Assembly: GCA_018398765.1 (NCBI GenBank)
Contig: JAHBMJ010000030.1
Coordinates: forward strand, 1-58,715
DNA from: Chromera velia
Taxonomy: Eukaryota
Length of the DNA: 58,715 nucleotides
Direction: 5' to 3'
Position numbers and translations under genes: made by a program. Shown here one piece after another: positions 1-11,689 of this stretch (its first letter is position 1; each line of letters opens with the position of its first letter). Below the pieces are notes generated by a model. The model saw only the letters and a program-made list of their open reading frames with translations. It searched no databases and was not told the DNA's origin.

Positions 1-1440
1 CTTTGTAGACAGAGAAGGGCAGGACCCCTCTCTCTGTACCTCTTCATTCTTTGTAGACAGAGAAGGGCAGGACCCTCTCTCTGTACATCTTCATTCTTTG
101 CAGACAGAGGAGGGCAGGACCCCTCTCTGTGTACATTCTTCTTCTTTGCAGACAGAGAAGGGCAGGACCCCTCTCTCTGTACATTCTTCTTCTTTGCAGA
201 CAGAGAAGGGCAGGACCCCTCTCTCTGAACATCTTCTTCTTTGCAGACAGAGAAGGGCAGGACCCCTCTCTCTGCACATCTTTCTTCTTTGCAGACAGAG
301 AAGGGCAGGACCCCTCTCTCTGTACATCTTTCTTCTTTGCAGACAGAGAAGGGCAGGACCCCTCTCTCTGTATATCTTTCTTCTTTGCAGACAGAGAAGG
401 GCAGGACCCTCTCTCTGTATATCTTTCTTCTTCGCAGACAGAGAAGGGCAGGACCCTCTCTCTGTACATCTTTCTTCTTTGCAGACAGAGAAGGGCAGGA
501 CCCCTCTCTCTGTACATCGTTCTTCTGTGCAGACAGAGAAGGGCAGGGACCCATCTCTCTGTACATCTTCTTCTTTGCAGACAGAGAAGGGCAGGACCCC
601 TCTCTCTGTACATCTTTCTTCTTTGCAGACAGAGAAGGGCAGGACCCTCTCTCTGTACATCTTTCCTCTGTGCAGACAGAGAAGGGCAGGACCCGTCTCT
701 CTGTACATCTTTTTTCTTTGCAGATAGAGAAGGGCAGGACCCCTCTTTGCAGACAGAGAAGGGCAGAAAGTCTGACCCCTCTCTCTGTATATCTTTCTTC
801 TTTACAGACAGAGAAGGGCAGAAGACCTCTCTCTGTACATCTTTCTTCTTTGCAGACAGAGAAGGGCAGGACCCCTCTCTCTGTACATCTTTCTTCTTTG
901 CAGACAGAGAAGGGCAGGACCCTCTCTCTGTACACCTTTCTTCTTTGTAGACAGAGAAGGGTAGGACCCCTCTCTCTGTACATCTTTCTTCTTTGCAGAC
1001 AGAGAAGGGCAGGACCCTCTCTCTGTACATCTTTCTTCTTTTCAGACAGAGAAGGGCAGAGACCCCTCTCTTTGTGCAGCTTCATTCTTTGCAGACAGAG
1101 AAGGGCAGGACCCCTCTCTCTGCATATCTTTCTTCGTTGCAGACAGAGAAGGGCAGGACCCTCTCTCTGTACATCTTTCTTCTTTGCAGACAGAGAAGAG
1201 CAGAGACCCGTCTCTCTGTACATCTTTCTTCTTTGCAGATAGAGAAGGGCAGAGACCCCTCTCTGTACATCTTCATTTGCAGACAGAGAAGGGCAGAGAC
1301 ACTTCTCTCTGTACATCTTTCTTTTTGCAGACAGAGAAGAGCAGAGACCCCTCTCTCTGTACATCTTTCTTCTTTGCAGACAGAAAAGGGCAGGACCCTC
1401 TCTCTGTACACCTTTCTTCTTTGTAGACAGAGAAGGGTAA
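1..1440. repeat. Minisatellite, ~48-bp unit (CTTTGCAGACAGAGAAGGGCAGGACCCCTCTCTCTGTACATCTTTCTT), ~30 copies, truncated by window start
   Basis: Unit recurs at ~48-bp period from base 1 with small indels and no unique spacers; each unit has an internal inverted repeat ACAGAGA-AGGG / CCCT-CTCTCTGT. The overlapping ORFs are repeat translations. Confidence 0.95.
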
Positions 1441-1448
1441 AACCCCTG

Positions 1449-1556
1449 TCTCTAGGCCACCGCATCGTTTGCGGAGTTAAAAGGCAGCTGCTGCTGTGTC
1501 CATCTCTGGGCCGCCGCATCGTTTGCGGAGTTAAAAGGCAGCTGCTGCTGTGTCCA
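1449..1556. repeat. Tandem duplication, 2 x 54 bp
   Basis: 1449-1502 and 1503-1556 are near identical (…CCGCATCGTTTGCGGAGTTAAAAGGCAGCTGCTGCTGTGTCCA). Confidence 0.9.
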
Positions 1557-1978
1557 AGCATCCGTTGCAGACAGAGAAAGGCAACATCTCATAGCGTTTG
1601 GTCTTTCCATGCATCTTTAAAAGGCAGAGGGGATGTTATGGCTCTCCCTGTGCCAATTGATCCCTTGCAGACCTGATGGCAGACACGGATCCGGCGTGTT
1701 CTTCTATATAGTCAGTAGATCACCATTGAAATAGGACCTCAAAGTTGATCAAAGAGGCAGTGTCCAAAGCAAAAAAAGATGACATAAATTTATTGGCAAC
1801 AATAAATTATTGTATCTTTAAGCACATGCAGTTGCTATATTATAGAATGTTTCAGCTGTATCTGATCCGCTCTAAGACACGAACCAGTAATGCCAAATCA
1901 TAAACATAAATGTTCATTGATGAAGCAAACTACGTATTACTGTTTCTTGTCTTTTCAGACTGGGGACCCATCTCAGAC

Positions 1979-2846
1979 TGGGGGCCGCTAGATCCTTCGG
2001 GCGCGCGCCTAATGTTGCGTAAGCAAGCGAAACAGCTATACGGCATTAGGTGAAATGCGCCCCCTTCATACGGCTTAACGGAGTTACCCTTCATTAAGAC
2101 GTGAATCTAGTCGTGTCTACGGGTCCCACAGCCCAAACTAAGAGCGATTAGGATTTTCGTGAAGAAGTTTGAATGGAAGGCGAAGCCTAGCTTGCGGAGC
2201 GAAGCCGTGCGTTCAAACGACGGAAATCACGATCCGACGGGAAATATAGTCCCGGGCCCGGCGCGGCCTTTGCGGTACCAACGCGCCGAGCCGGGAACGT
2301 CAGATCCATCCCACGTGGGCGAGAAAAAATGGTGTTGGTGGTTTTATCCGCCGCGCGCTCAGAAAAATGCGTGAGTCAGAAAAGATATATTGAGTAGTTG
2401 AAGAGGAGTCAAACGAAGGAGAAAAGATGGTAGTCCGTTCTAACAGTTCCATCGAACGAACCGGAACCCACCCTCCCACTGCTTTAGACAGTGCTTCTCC
2501 AATCCATTGCCTTAGCTGTAAAGCCGATCGACTACTCGGGTAGTGAACTCAGTTTACTGGGGAAGGACTATTCTGTACTGGTTTTTCGGGGTAAACGGGG
2601 GGGGGAGATTGTCGATGAGGGATCTAATCATATGCGGCATAGTGGGGGCCGCTAGATCCCTCGGGCGCGCGCCTAATGTTGCGTAAGCAAGCAAAACAGC
2701 TATACAGCATTAGGCGAAGTGCGCCCCCTTCATACGGCTTAACGGAGTTACCCTTCGTTAAGACGTGAATCTAGTCGTGTCTACGGGTCCCACAGCCCAA
2801 ACTAGGAGCGATCGGGATTTTTGCGAAGAAGTTTGAACGGCTGGCG
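1979..2846. repeat. Pair of ~204-bp direct repeats (1979-2182, 2643-2846) around a ~460-bp non-coding core; possible TRIM/LTR-like relic
   Basis: Both copies start TGGGGGCCGCTAGATCC and align without gaps, with about 12 transitions. The repeat is certain; the element class is not (no TSD, PBS or PPT identified). Confidence 0.75.
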
Positions 2847-3134
2847 TGTATGCATGCATTATTTTTTGAAAAAAATAATTAAATGATTAATAACACGAGA
2901 GTGGGCGCGCATTGCGCGCCGACGTAGTTCGGAGTATCTAGGTAGTACGTATCCATTAACTTCTTTGAGGGTTAATTTTGGGCGGGATTAGGCAGGGGTA
3001 CACAAACTTTGTGTTTTGTCATGCACTTTTATAATCCTCTGTGCAGCAAGTGTCACATTAGCGGGAGACAGCGGGAAAAGATTCGACTATGGTAGACTGG
3101 TCCGTAGTGTAAGATTCATAAGTGTTACTAAATA

Positions 3135-3368
3135 ACCCCCCTAACACTCCAGTCTGTCTTGAAATAGATTTTTCAATGCTGGCCGTGCCTGCGGCGTGGT
3201 TCCTTCAAGACTGTCTGCACCTTTCACAAAAAAAATTCAAGTATACTTTATTTTGACTGCGCCTTCAGCGCGCTACCTTCAAGTTAAGCCGCGCCTGCGG
3301 TGTAGGCGTTTCAAGTCTAGCCGCGCCTACGGTGCGGCGTTTCAAGTTTACTGGAGTGTCAGGGGGGT
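3135..3368. mobile_element. MITE with ~30-bp terminal inverted repeats and 9-bp target-site duplication (Mutator/MULE-like)
   Basis: Left end ACCCCCCTAACACTCCAGTCTGTCTTGAAA; right end reverse complement ACCCCCCTGACACTCCAGTAAACTTGAAA; flanked by TACTAAATA at 3126-3134 and 3369-3377. Confidence 0.8.
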
Positions 3369-4916
3369 TACTAAATATTATACATATCCATAACAATTGC
3401 ATGGAAATTATATTGAACCGCACGTTTTGTACATACATTTTGTCCATGCTTTCTGTTTTGATTGAAGTATATGCATCTTCATGCGTCTGCACATATCTCT
3501 ACCATTTTTTGTTCAAAATTATTTAAAATCGTTTTTCTGTTACGGCATAATACGTTCGATCAGGTCTGTCTTCCGTTGAGCAGTTCTCCAAATGCGCAAC
3601 TTACAGCGCAAGTCTGCATGTTTATTAATTTTAGTTTTTTTGTTAAATAAGTATCTTATACCCGGGTTTAGGTCTAATCATGATATATAAAGTCTAACTT
3701 ACTAGATAATGAACGCTAACATACGCCTACATACATCAAGTGACCAACACAACAGACTAATATTTCTGCATCATGCTTGCGTAGCATCCGAGGGGGTTAG
3801 TAATGATTAATCATTTTTAGTATACCTTGCACAGACATGCACCCCGAGTATCATAGCATACATGTGTTCCGATTGAGGTTAGACATCTTTTCAACTATAT
3901 AGATATATATAATATATACTATGCATGGTAGACAGAGACTAGCAAACTGATGTAAACGGTGCGGCCTGTCATTCAATCAATCAATCAATCAATCCTTTTA
4001 CAATCATATCTTTTTAAATCTTTTTCTTAAACATTCTTAAACCATGCATACAGCGTATATACAGCGCCTTAATTAAAGAATAATTTATGTAATACTATAT
4101 ATATAATAGCATATACAGAGGAACAGCCACAAACACAAACACAGGATCAGACGCAAACACAGTTACAGACAATGTCAGACATGGACATAGACATAAAGAC
4201 AGACACAGGCAGAAGCGCTCGCACAGTTACAGATTTAGAGTGACAGACGCACACCTACACATACTTGGCACAGACACTGAGACAGACACAGGCACAAGAA
4301 CAGACGCACGCCCAGACACCGGTACCGCATGACAGACACAGCCAGTCTAATGTGCACAGATGCAGACACAGTTATGTTTGACACAGACGAAAACAGCGAC
4401 AAACCCACAGATCAAGGCACACATTCACGCAAGCACAGACAGACACAGAAGGACAGAGACAGATTTTTCTCTTGGACCAATCGTCTTGCTCTACGAATCC
4501 TCTTTGCGCTCTGAATATGTGAATTCTCGATCGCGAGCACTTCATTTTGTCAAATATAGTGCATTGTGTATCGTGTATCACTTGAATAAAATCCTTTTTA
4601 GCTCTGCCCGGAAAGGCGGTCTGCATTGAGGACACAGATGGTGTGCCCGCAACTTGAAGACTTTCAGTTGACTGTTCGAAAGGCGATGGATCAGTCAGCG
4701 TTCTGGGCCTCAGTCTATATTGTATGAATGCCCCAGTTGTGTGCCCCCTGCAGTCCTGTGCTCCTTTGTTTTTTCATTTTGGAACGTACTGCTTTTTTTT
4801 CAAGTGCTCGTTTTCACTTCAATTCAGCGAGTCGCACTTCGTTCGCTCTCCTCCCGGCCAGTTCAGTGACGTGCGCAGTGCCCGTCGAACGGTCTCGAAT
4901 CGGATCAGCCTGATGG

Positions 4917-6001
4917 TCAGCTGCACGGGAATCTGTTACTCGAATCCTCCTGTATGTAATCTGTTGTGCATTCGCAGCCAAATTTCCTGCAGAATCTCAC
5001 AATGGTGTCCTCGATTTCTCCCTGCAAAGAATTCATTGACGAAAGAAAATTAAGCAGAAGAGATCAATCGATGCAGTCGGTTGACATGCTGCGTCGACCT
5101 ATCTAGCTGCATGCATGCATGCATGCACAATGCATCGATTACGCCAGGCATGCATGCATGTGATTACATACGAGGCTCAGCGCGTAGACTGGGCAGACCA
5201 TGTCTTTTTCCTTTTTTGGTATTTACGGCAACTGCATGAGGGAAACATGCATCATGCATGTCAAAACTGCAAGTGAATTAAGAGAAGACATGCAGGTTGG
5301 TTGCACTGGCATGCAGAGCATTGACCGAGCTGACTCGTGCATCATGCAAAAAGAAAAGAGAAAAAGACACTTCTCCAAGCAGGGTGCGGCCTCTGCAAGA
5401 TAAATTTCCGAATGGGATCGATCAGTCCTTCCGGCAATGTCTTCAACGAGTTTCTTTTTTTATCCTATTCCTCTCTATGGCCGTGAAGTTTGAGGCGTTC
5501 CCTCTGGGCAACGTATGGTTTGCTTCTACCGGGTCGGACCGTCAGAGCACAAGCTGGGTGGATGGGTGTGCAGAAGACCAATCAAATGTTTTGTGAGATC
5601 GATGAGTGGTGTACACAGAAGAGAAATTGTGACCGAAGTAAGGAATCATGCAGGGCGTGCCAGGCCAAACCGACAGACGTACATTTTTGAAGCAAGATTT
5701 TTCGCCTTGAGCATTTGTTTTCTGACACGAGTCTTTCTTGAAGATTTTGTCGTTATTGTGGTCGGTAAAAGTTCTGCACTTGCCGTATCCCTCCGGGCAC
5801 CTTTTTTCCAATGTGAGTTTGGTTTCTTGTGAGTCGGACTGTGACAGCCGCTTCTCTCGGAACTCCAGGCCTTCTTCAAGAAGAGCGCCAGGAGCCACTG
5901 CATGCTTGGCAATGCGTGTATGGGAGACCAAGATTGAAAGACATGCGTGACTCGGATAGTACCCCCTAACTTCATGGCACCAACAGCGATGGCAAAAGAA
6001 G

Positions 6002-6047
<46 letters not shown>

Positions 6048-6048
6048 G

Positions 6049-6085
<37 letters not shown>

Positions 6086-6474
6086 GGATGGACGGACACT
6101 TGGTACAGGGACACTCAATGAACACGGACTCCTCCCTTGGCGATTGCTTCCACGGCAGATGGATGGATCGACAAAGACTGCTTGAATCTCGTTACCTTGG
6201 TGGAGTCGACTTCACTGAAAGGACTTGAAGTTTTATGCTTGCAATCTCAATGGGCAATCTAGCTGCCTCAATGTCTGTGCATGCATGCTCCGTATCTATC
6301 TACTTTCCTCACGTTGCTCTCGCCTTCTCGCTCGCCTTACTACCCATTCAATCGCACCCTGTGTATGAGTGGTATTAAGACGGACGGACTGCCTGACTGA
6401 CATGAGAGCTTCCCGTTCACGAGAGCTACCAGGAGACCAGTCAGGAGCACCGCCACCATGGAGGGGACCCGCAT
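4917..6474 (-). CDS. Putative multi-exon small secreted cysteine-rich protein (exon chain not fully resolved)
   Basis: ATG at 6474 encodes a signal-peptide-like MRVPSMVAVLLTGLLVALVNG. A candidate internal exon (~5683-5898, CAG acceptor / GTACGT donor) encodes …KRCPEGYGKCRTF…DSCQKT…KSCFKN, and a candidate last exon (~4917-4986) encodes KFGCECTTDYIQEDSSNRFPCS*. I could not make all phases agree. Confidence 0.35.
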
Positions 6475-6766
6475 CTTCGCTGTTTTGAATTGTTTCGTTT
6501 TGTGAGGGGCCGAAAGAGAGCTCTCTCCTCCCACAAGAGTCAGGCGGGCAGCAATTTACTGAGAGTTTTATCCAGTTGAGCCTCCTTTGTTGTCGGGATG
6601 CTAATAAATTGCTCCTTCGTCAGTCGAGGGTCGTTTATCTGGAGCAAATCTAACAAAGCACAGGCGTTTGATCAGAGGCAAGCAGGCTTGTACGCGTCGC
6701 GTTTTGACCTATGCCAGGTTGGAGCAACTTCAAGGGAAGCGGGTCTGAATTGTCAGTGTGTGTGTG

Positions 6767-6800
<34 letters not shown>

Positions 6801-6961
6801 CATGTGTGTGTTTGGCGGAGCTGTTTGAAGAATACACGCAACATGGGCATGCAGTGCACAGCATGTATCGGTACCAAAAATGTGGATTTAATTGCTGGGA
6901 CGTGCTATGCGTCCACGAACCCTCAAGGAGTAATTTAATTACGAGCCCCGCCGAACTGAAT

Positions 6962-7338
6962 GCATCGCCTCGGGGGGCAGCTCAGCTCTGCTGAGATCAG
7001 CCGAGAGGCCCTGAGATTGCACGCACTCGCATAACGCATTTTTTCTTTTTTTGGGGAGGGGGTTCGGTTCTGTCTCGTCTGTCTGTCTATTTGTCTGCAT
7101 GTCACGGTCCGTGCCGTCATTGGTGTAAAGTGCCCGTCAAGCAGCTCGCACGGAGAAATGGACCGTCCTTGGAGGGCAACTCAACCTGGGTGGGGGCCCT
7201 GAGATTGCGCATACTTGCATAAATATGTACGGTTGAGCCACACAGCTAGCTAGCTAGGATCACGATAATTCAAACCACCGATGCCCCCCGAGGTACTTAC
7301 TCAACTAGTTGGGTGTATCCCGTTTAATTATTACATGT
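6962..7338. repeat. Dispersed bipartite element, copy 1 (homologous to 24213-24532)
   Basis: ATCGCCTCGGGGGGCAGCTCAGCTyTGCTGAGATCAGCCGAGAGGCCCTGA and a second module ending CAACTrGTTGGGTGTATC occur in the same order and orientation at 24.2-24.5 kb. Confidence 0.8.
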
Positions 7339-8738
7339 CTCTCACATGCATCACAACATTGTACGGGGCTAAGATGATCAAGGTTTTTGTTATGCATGCC
7401 GTATCCTCATATACGAGGGGCAGATCAAACCTAGTTTGTCCAAAGGCCAAGATAATGAAAAAGAATAAAAAGGTCTCGTGCTCGAATAAGTTTACTCCTA
7501 GAATCGAGACTAACAGGAAAAAGCAGAACTTTTTAATAAACTAGGCTTGATCCGCCTGTCATGTATATAGACACGGTATGCATAACAAGAACCTCGATCA
7601 CCGTATTCAACAATTTTCGATGCTCGCCACCAGCTATGCAACAATTAAAATAAGTGAGAGGTTTTATTCCGACTCAATGTTTGTGTAAACCTAATTGATG
7701 TTCAGATTTCAAATCTTTAAGTTTTAGAATATTTTTTCACAATAATATAGTTTTCAACTAAGTTTTGTGCACTAAGCTAGGCATTAAGTTTTTGACATAG
7801 GAAAAAATTGTTTCTGAATTGTTCCTAATTACAAATTTTAGATTCTAAATTCTAAACATTTCTAAACCAAATTCCCAGTTAGGTATAATGGGCATTCCAA
7901 TTATCCCAATTACTCATAAATGCGATATAGTGTTTAATATATATATAAAAATAGTTTTTGTACTACTCAAATAGTACTACTAGTTATGTGAAGAGAAGTG
8001 ATTGAAAAGTAAAAATTATTAAAAAAAAAAAAAAGAATTTGAAGATTAATAACGAAATGACTATAATTTATTTTTAATGTCTATATCACTCTAGGTGCCA
8101 GTGCTGATCTCCACTGGCATGTAAGGCTGACTGAAAAAACAAAGACGAAACGGTTTTTTACTTTGCTTGGTTTTCCTGCTGCCAGTGAAAGAATCTAATG
8201 AAGAGTTAAAGTTTGACGTATAAACAAATGCAGACCTAGATGCAGACACAGCTAAATGATCAGTCAGATCCATGCGTCATCAATCAGGACGATTGATTGC
8301 TTCAGTGTGTGTATGTATGTGCTCGCGTGAATGCATGTGCGTATGTACGCAAGAAAATTGAGTGGAAGAGAGAGAGAGGGGAACAAGAAAAAGGAGACGG
8401 GAGAATGGAGTCGAGAGAGAAGCCATGCTCGATGCACATGTACGCAATAAATCAATGAAGAGAAGCTCACTACATGTACTGTTTCATTCCTTTAATTCCT
8501 CTAAACGTTCTCGTGCCAGGCCTGACGACCGCACGGCCGATCCCTCCTTCCCTCCTGGCTGTCGTGTCGTCCTGCTTGCATGCTTACAACTCGATCTGTC
8601 TTTGCGATTGGATACTGCAGTGAGTGCAGGGATCTTCCCTCTCCGTTAGCTCGTACTCTTTTCAGTATTCCCTCCCCATCCCCCCTGATTTTTTCTTCTC
8701 TCTCTCTGTCTCGCTCTCTCTCTCTCTGTCTCTCTCTC

Positions 8739-8771
<33 letters not shown>

Positions 8772-8783
8772 TCCTTTCTTGGA

Positions 8784-11523
8784 TCAAAGCTCTCGACGAG
8801 CCGAATTCAACAGAGCCTGCCTGCTGGTGCGACGGATGGAATCGCAAACGTTCGATGTGGATCTGTTCAACACGGGGCCCGGGGATCTAGAAGGAGTCAC
8901 TGCATTGTGGTGGGTGTGTGTTGCTAACAGGACTTGTTTCGAAATTCGCTGCTCCGACTTGACTCTTTCCAACAACTCCCGCAATTTCTGCATCGTCAGA
9001 GGCTTGGCAAGAAAGTCGTTCATGCCCGCCTCCGATGCCAAAGCAACATACTCTTCTGACCAAGAAGCAGAGACCCCAAAAATGAAAATGGGATTTCCCC
9101 CTTCTTCCTCATCTTCATCTTCCTCCTCCACCCTCAGTCCTCTTTCTTTCTGCAACCCCCTGATTTGTCGAGTGGCCTCCATCCCGTCCATCTGGGGCAT
9201 ATGCACATCCATCAAAATGACCAATCTGTCCCCCTTCTCCCACCTCAAAGTACCCAAGTCCAGCAATTCCGTTGTCCTGTTCACAGCCTGCAGTCCATTC
9301 TCTGCAAAGTCCGCCTCTCTAGAAAGCCCTAATTGGTGTATCATTGTCCCCGCAACCATGCGATTAATTTCAGTGTCGTCCACTACCAGCATGTGAATTT
9401 CGGGCGTGTCCTCCTGGTCCATTGACCGCAGACACCCCCGTGGCCGCACGGGACTGCTGCGCGTCTGCTGGCTGAGGGCAATGCTGGCGGAACGACTGCG
9501 GGAGGACTGCTGAGGAGGGGAATACGGTTTGGGGGAGTCTGCTGTGGGGTGCTGCTGTTGCTTGTCCGCAGAGAAAGATACGCGCCGCCCACTATGCGAA
9601 GAACGCCTTCCTGTGCCAGATGCAGCGAGCGCCGCAGCGCCTACTTTTGAATCTTTCTCAGGCTGTCCCTCAGAAGAGACGCCCCTGCCCCCGTCCCCTT
9701 CCCCTTCCCCTCGGGGGAAATGACGACAACTCCCCCCATGCCGCAACTCTGCTCTTGCTCTTCCCCCCGCAGCAGCAGCACTGCCCCCAAGTACACGCAG
9801 AGGGGCTCCGTTCTCTCTGCCCTCCTCCCTCACGCACTCACGCTCTCCTACCTCGTTCACTTGGTGAGAAGGACGTTTGTGGCTGCTGCTGTGAGTTTTG
9901 TCAGAAGACCTCGGGTGAAGCAGCCATAGCCTCCACATTGTCCGCAAGTCGGACAGCTGCCCCCGTCCTCTGACGGATCCTTTTCTAGGCTGGGGGGGGG
10001 CAGACGCTGCCTCGGGTTGCAGCACAGGCATGGGCATTGAAGCGGCTGTTTGTTCTTCTCTTTTGCCTTCTTGTCCTTGTGCTGTTGGAATGGCGCGACG
10101 TGTGCTTGCTGTCTGTTGGTAGAAGGTCACACCGATTGCACTGCGGGATCTGGTGCCCGCTCTCGCTGTTGGGCACTGAGCATTCAAAACAGCCTGTGCC
10201 TCCTCTTGAGCAAGCGAGAGATGATCCACGAGGACAAACAAAGAGGAAAAGTTGACAGGAAGGGCAAGGGAGCCGACCATTGCGAATTCTCTGCCGTCAA
10301 ACGGAAAGGGGGGGGCGAGAACGGCGGCGGCATCGGAGAGGACTTTCTCCGAACTTCCGTTTCGCCGTCTCCTTTGAAAGGAGCGACGGCAGGTGAGTGT
10401 GCCACGCTCCTCCTGTACCAAATCAGGAGACACAGCCCCCTGCTCCTGCGAAGAGCCGCACGGGGCGTCCCCCCTGGCGGACTCCCCAGTAGAGGTTGCG
10501 GGCGGAGACGTTCTGCAATTGACTGCCAACAACGCTCGCAGTTCTGCAATGTGTGTGAGGGGGGCAAGGAGAAGCGCGGGCGCGCAACGCATTTTGTCGG
10601 GCGACAGGCCTGTAGCCAATCTCGCCTCGTCCCACAAATCCCCCAACCTCTCTCCCAGTGTGTCAAGACTCAGACTTGAAAAGTCCTCTGCAGACAATTG
10701 ACCAACAACAAACAGGGGAATAAACGAACCCCCTCCGCTATGAATTCGTTGTGACACTCCGCCCTGGACAGAGGCAGATTTGCACCTACTCCACTGCTCA
10801 TCCAGGGCACTCAACTGAATGCCTAGTTTTCCAAGGGCACATTGGAGAGTGCTCGTGGTCCATGGGTCGAGGTTCTTAGTCAAGACTGAAGACTTAACTC
10901 CACAGGCGGACATCCGAATGGGTCCGGGACCCCAGGCCGATTTGGTCACGGGTGTGACGGGGAGAAAGAGGGAGAACCGAGAGCCGACTCCCGGTTCCGA
11001 TTCACAGGAGACCCCCCCTTTTAATGTCCTCGCGATGTTCTTTGCAATCGCAAGCCCCAGGCCTGCCCCGCCATACTCACGTGTCTTTCCAAAGTCAACC
11101 TGCATACATGCAACAAAGAGAAAAGAGATGATGAACCACTTCATGCATGCCTGTTTTCACGCGCCTCTTTACTCGAGGTCCGTCTGCGTGTGCAGGGAAG
11201 GGAATGACCGCGGAAAGGAATGCAGGTCGTGACATGATCAATGCACATGCATGTTGGCGAAGAAACCAACCGCATGGATGTATTTGTATGTATGGATGGG
11301 TGGAAGGATGCCGCAATCTGGTTGGATGGATGGAAGGACTGCCGACTGATAGCATAGCGAGTAGAAGAGGGCAGAAAAAATTCGATCAGATTTCCTTTCT
11401 TGAGAGACAGGAGGTTAGACTGAAGACTCGGGAGAAAGGAAGGAAAAAGAGAGGCTTCAAAAAAGAAGGAAGGAAGGAAGGAAGGAAGGAAAGAAAGAAA
11501 GAAAGAAAGAGAGACAGACAGAA

Positions 11524-11554
<31 letters not shown>

Positions 11555-11648
11555 AAGAAAGAAAGACAGAAAGACAGAAAGAAAGAAAGAAAGAAAGAAA
11601 GAAAGGAAGAAAGAAAGAAAGAAAGGAAGAAAGAAAGAAAGAAAGAAA

Positions 11649-11689
<41 letters not shown>

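Noticed and set aside
1..1440. CRISPR-like array or repeat-protein ORFs
   Set aside because: Units are contiguous with no unique spacers and no cas genes; ORFs in all frames are translations of the repeat.
1979..2182. Hammerhead ribozyme, tRNA or rRNA
   Set aside because: No CUGANGA/GAAA core, cloverleaf or rRNA signature visible.
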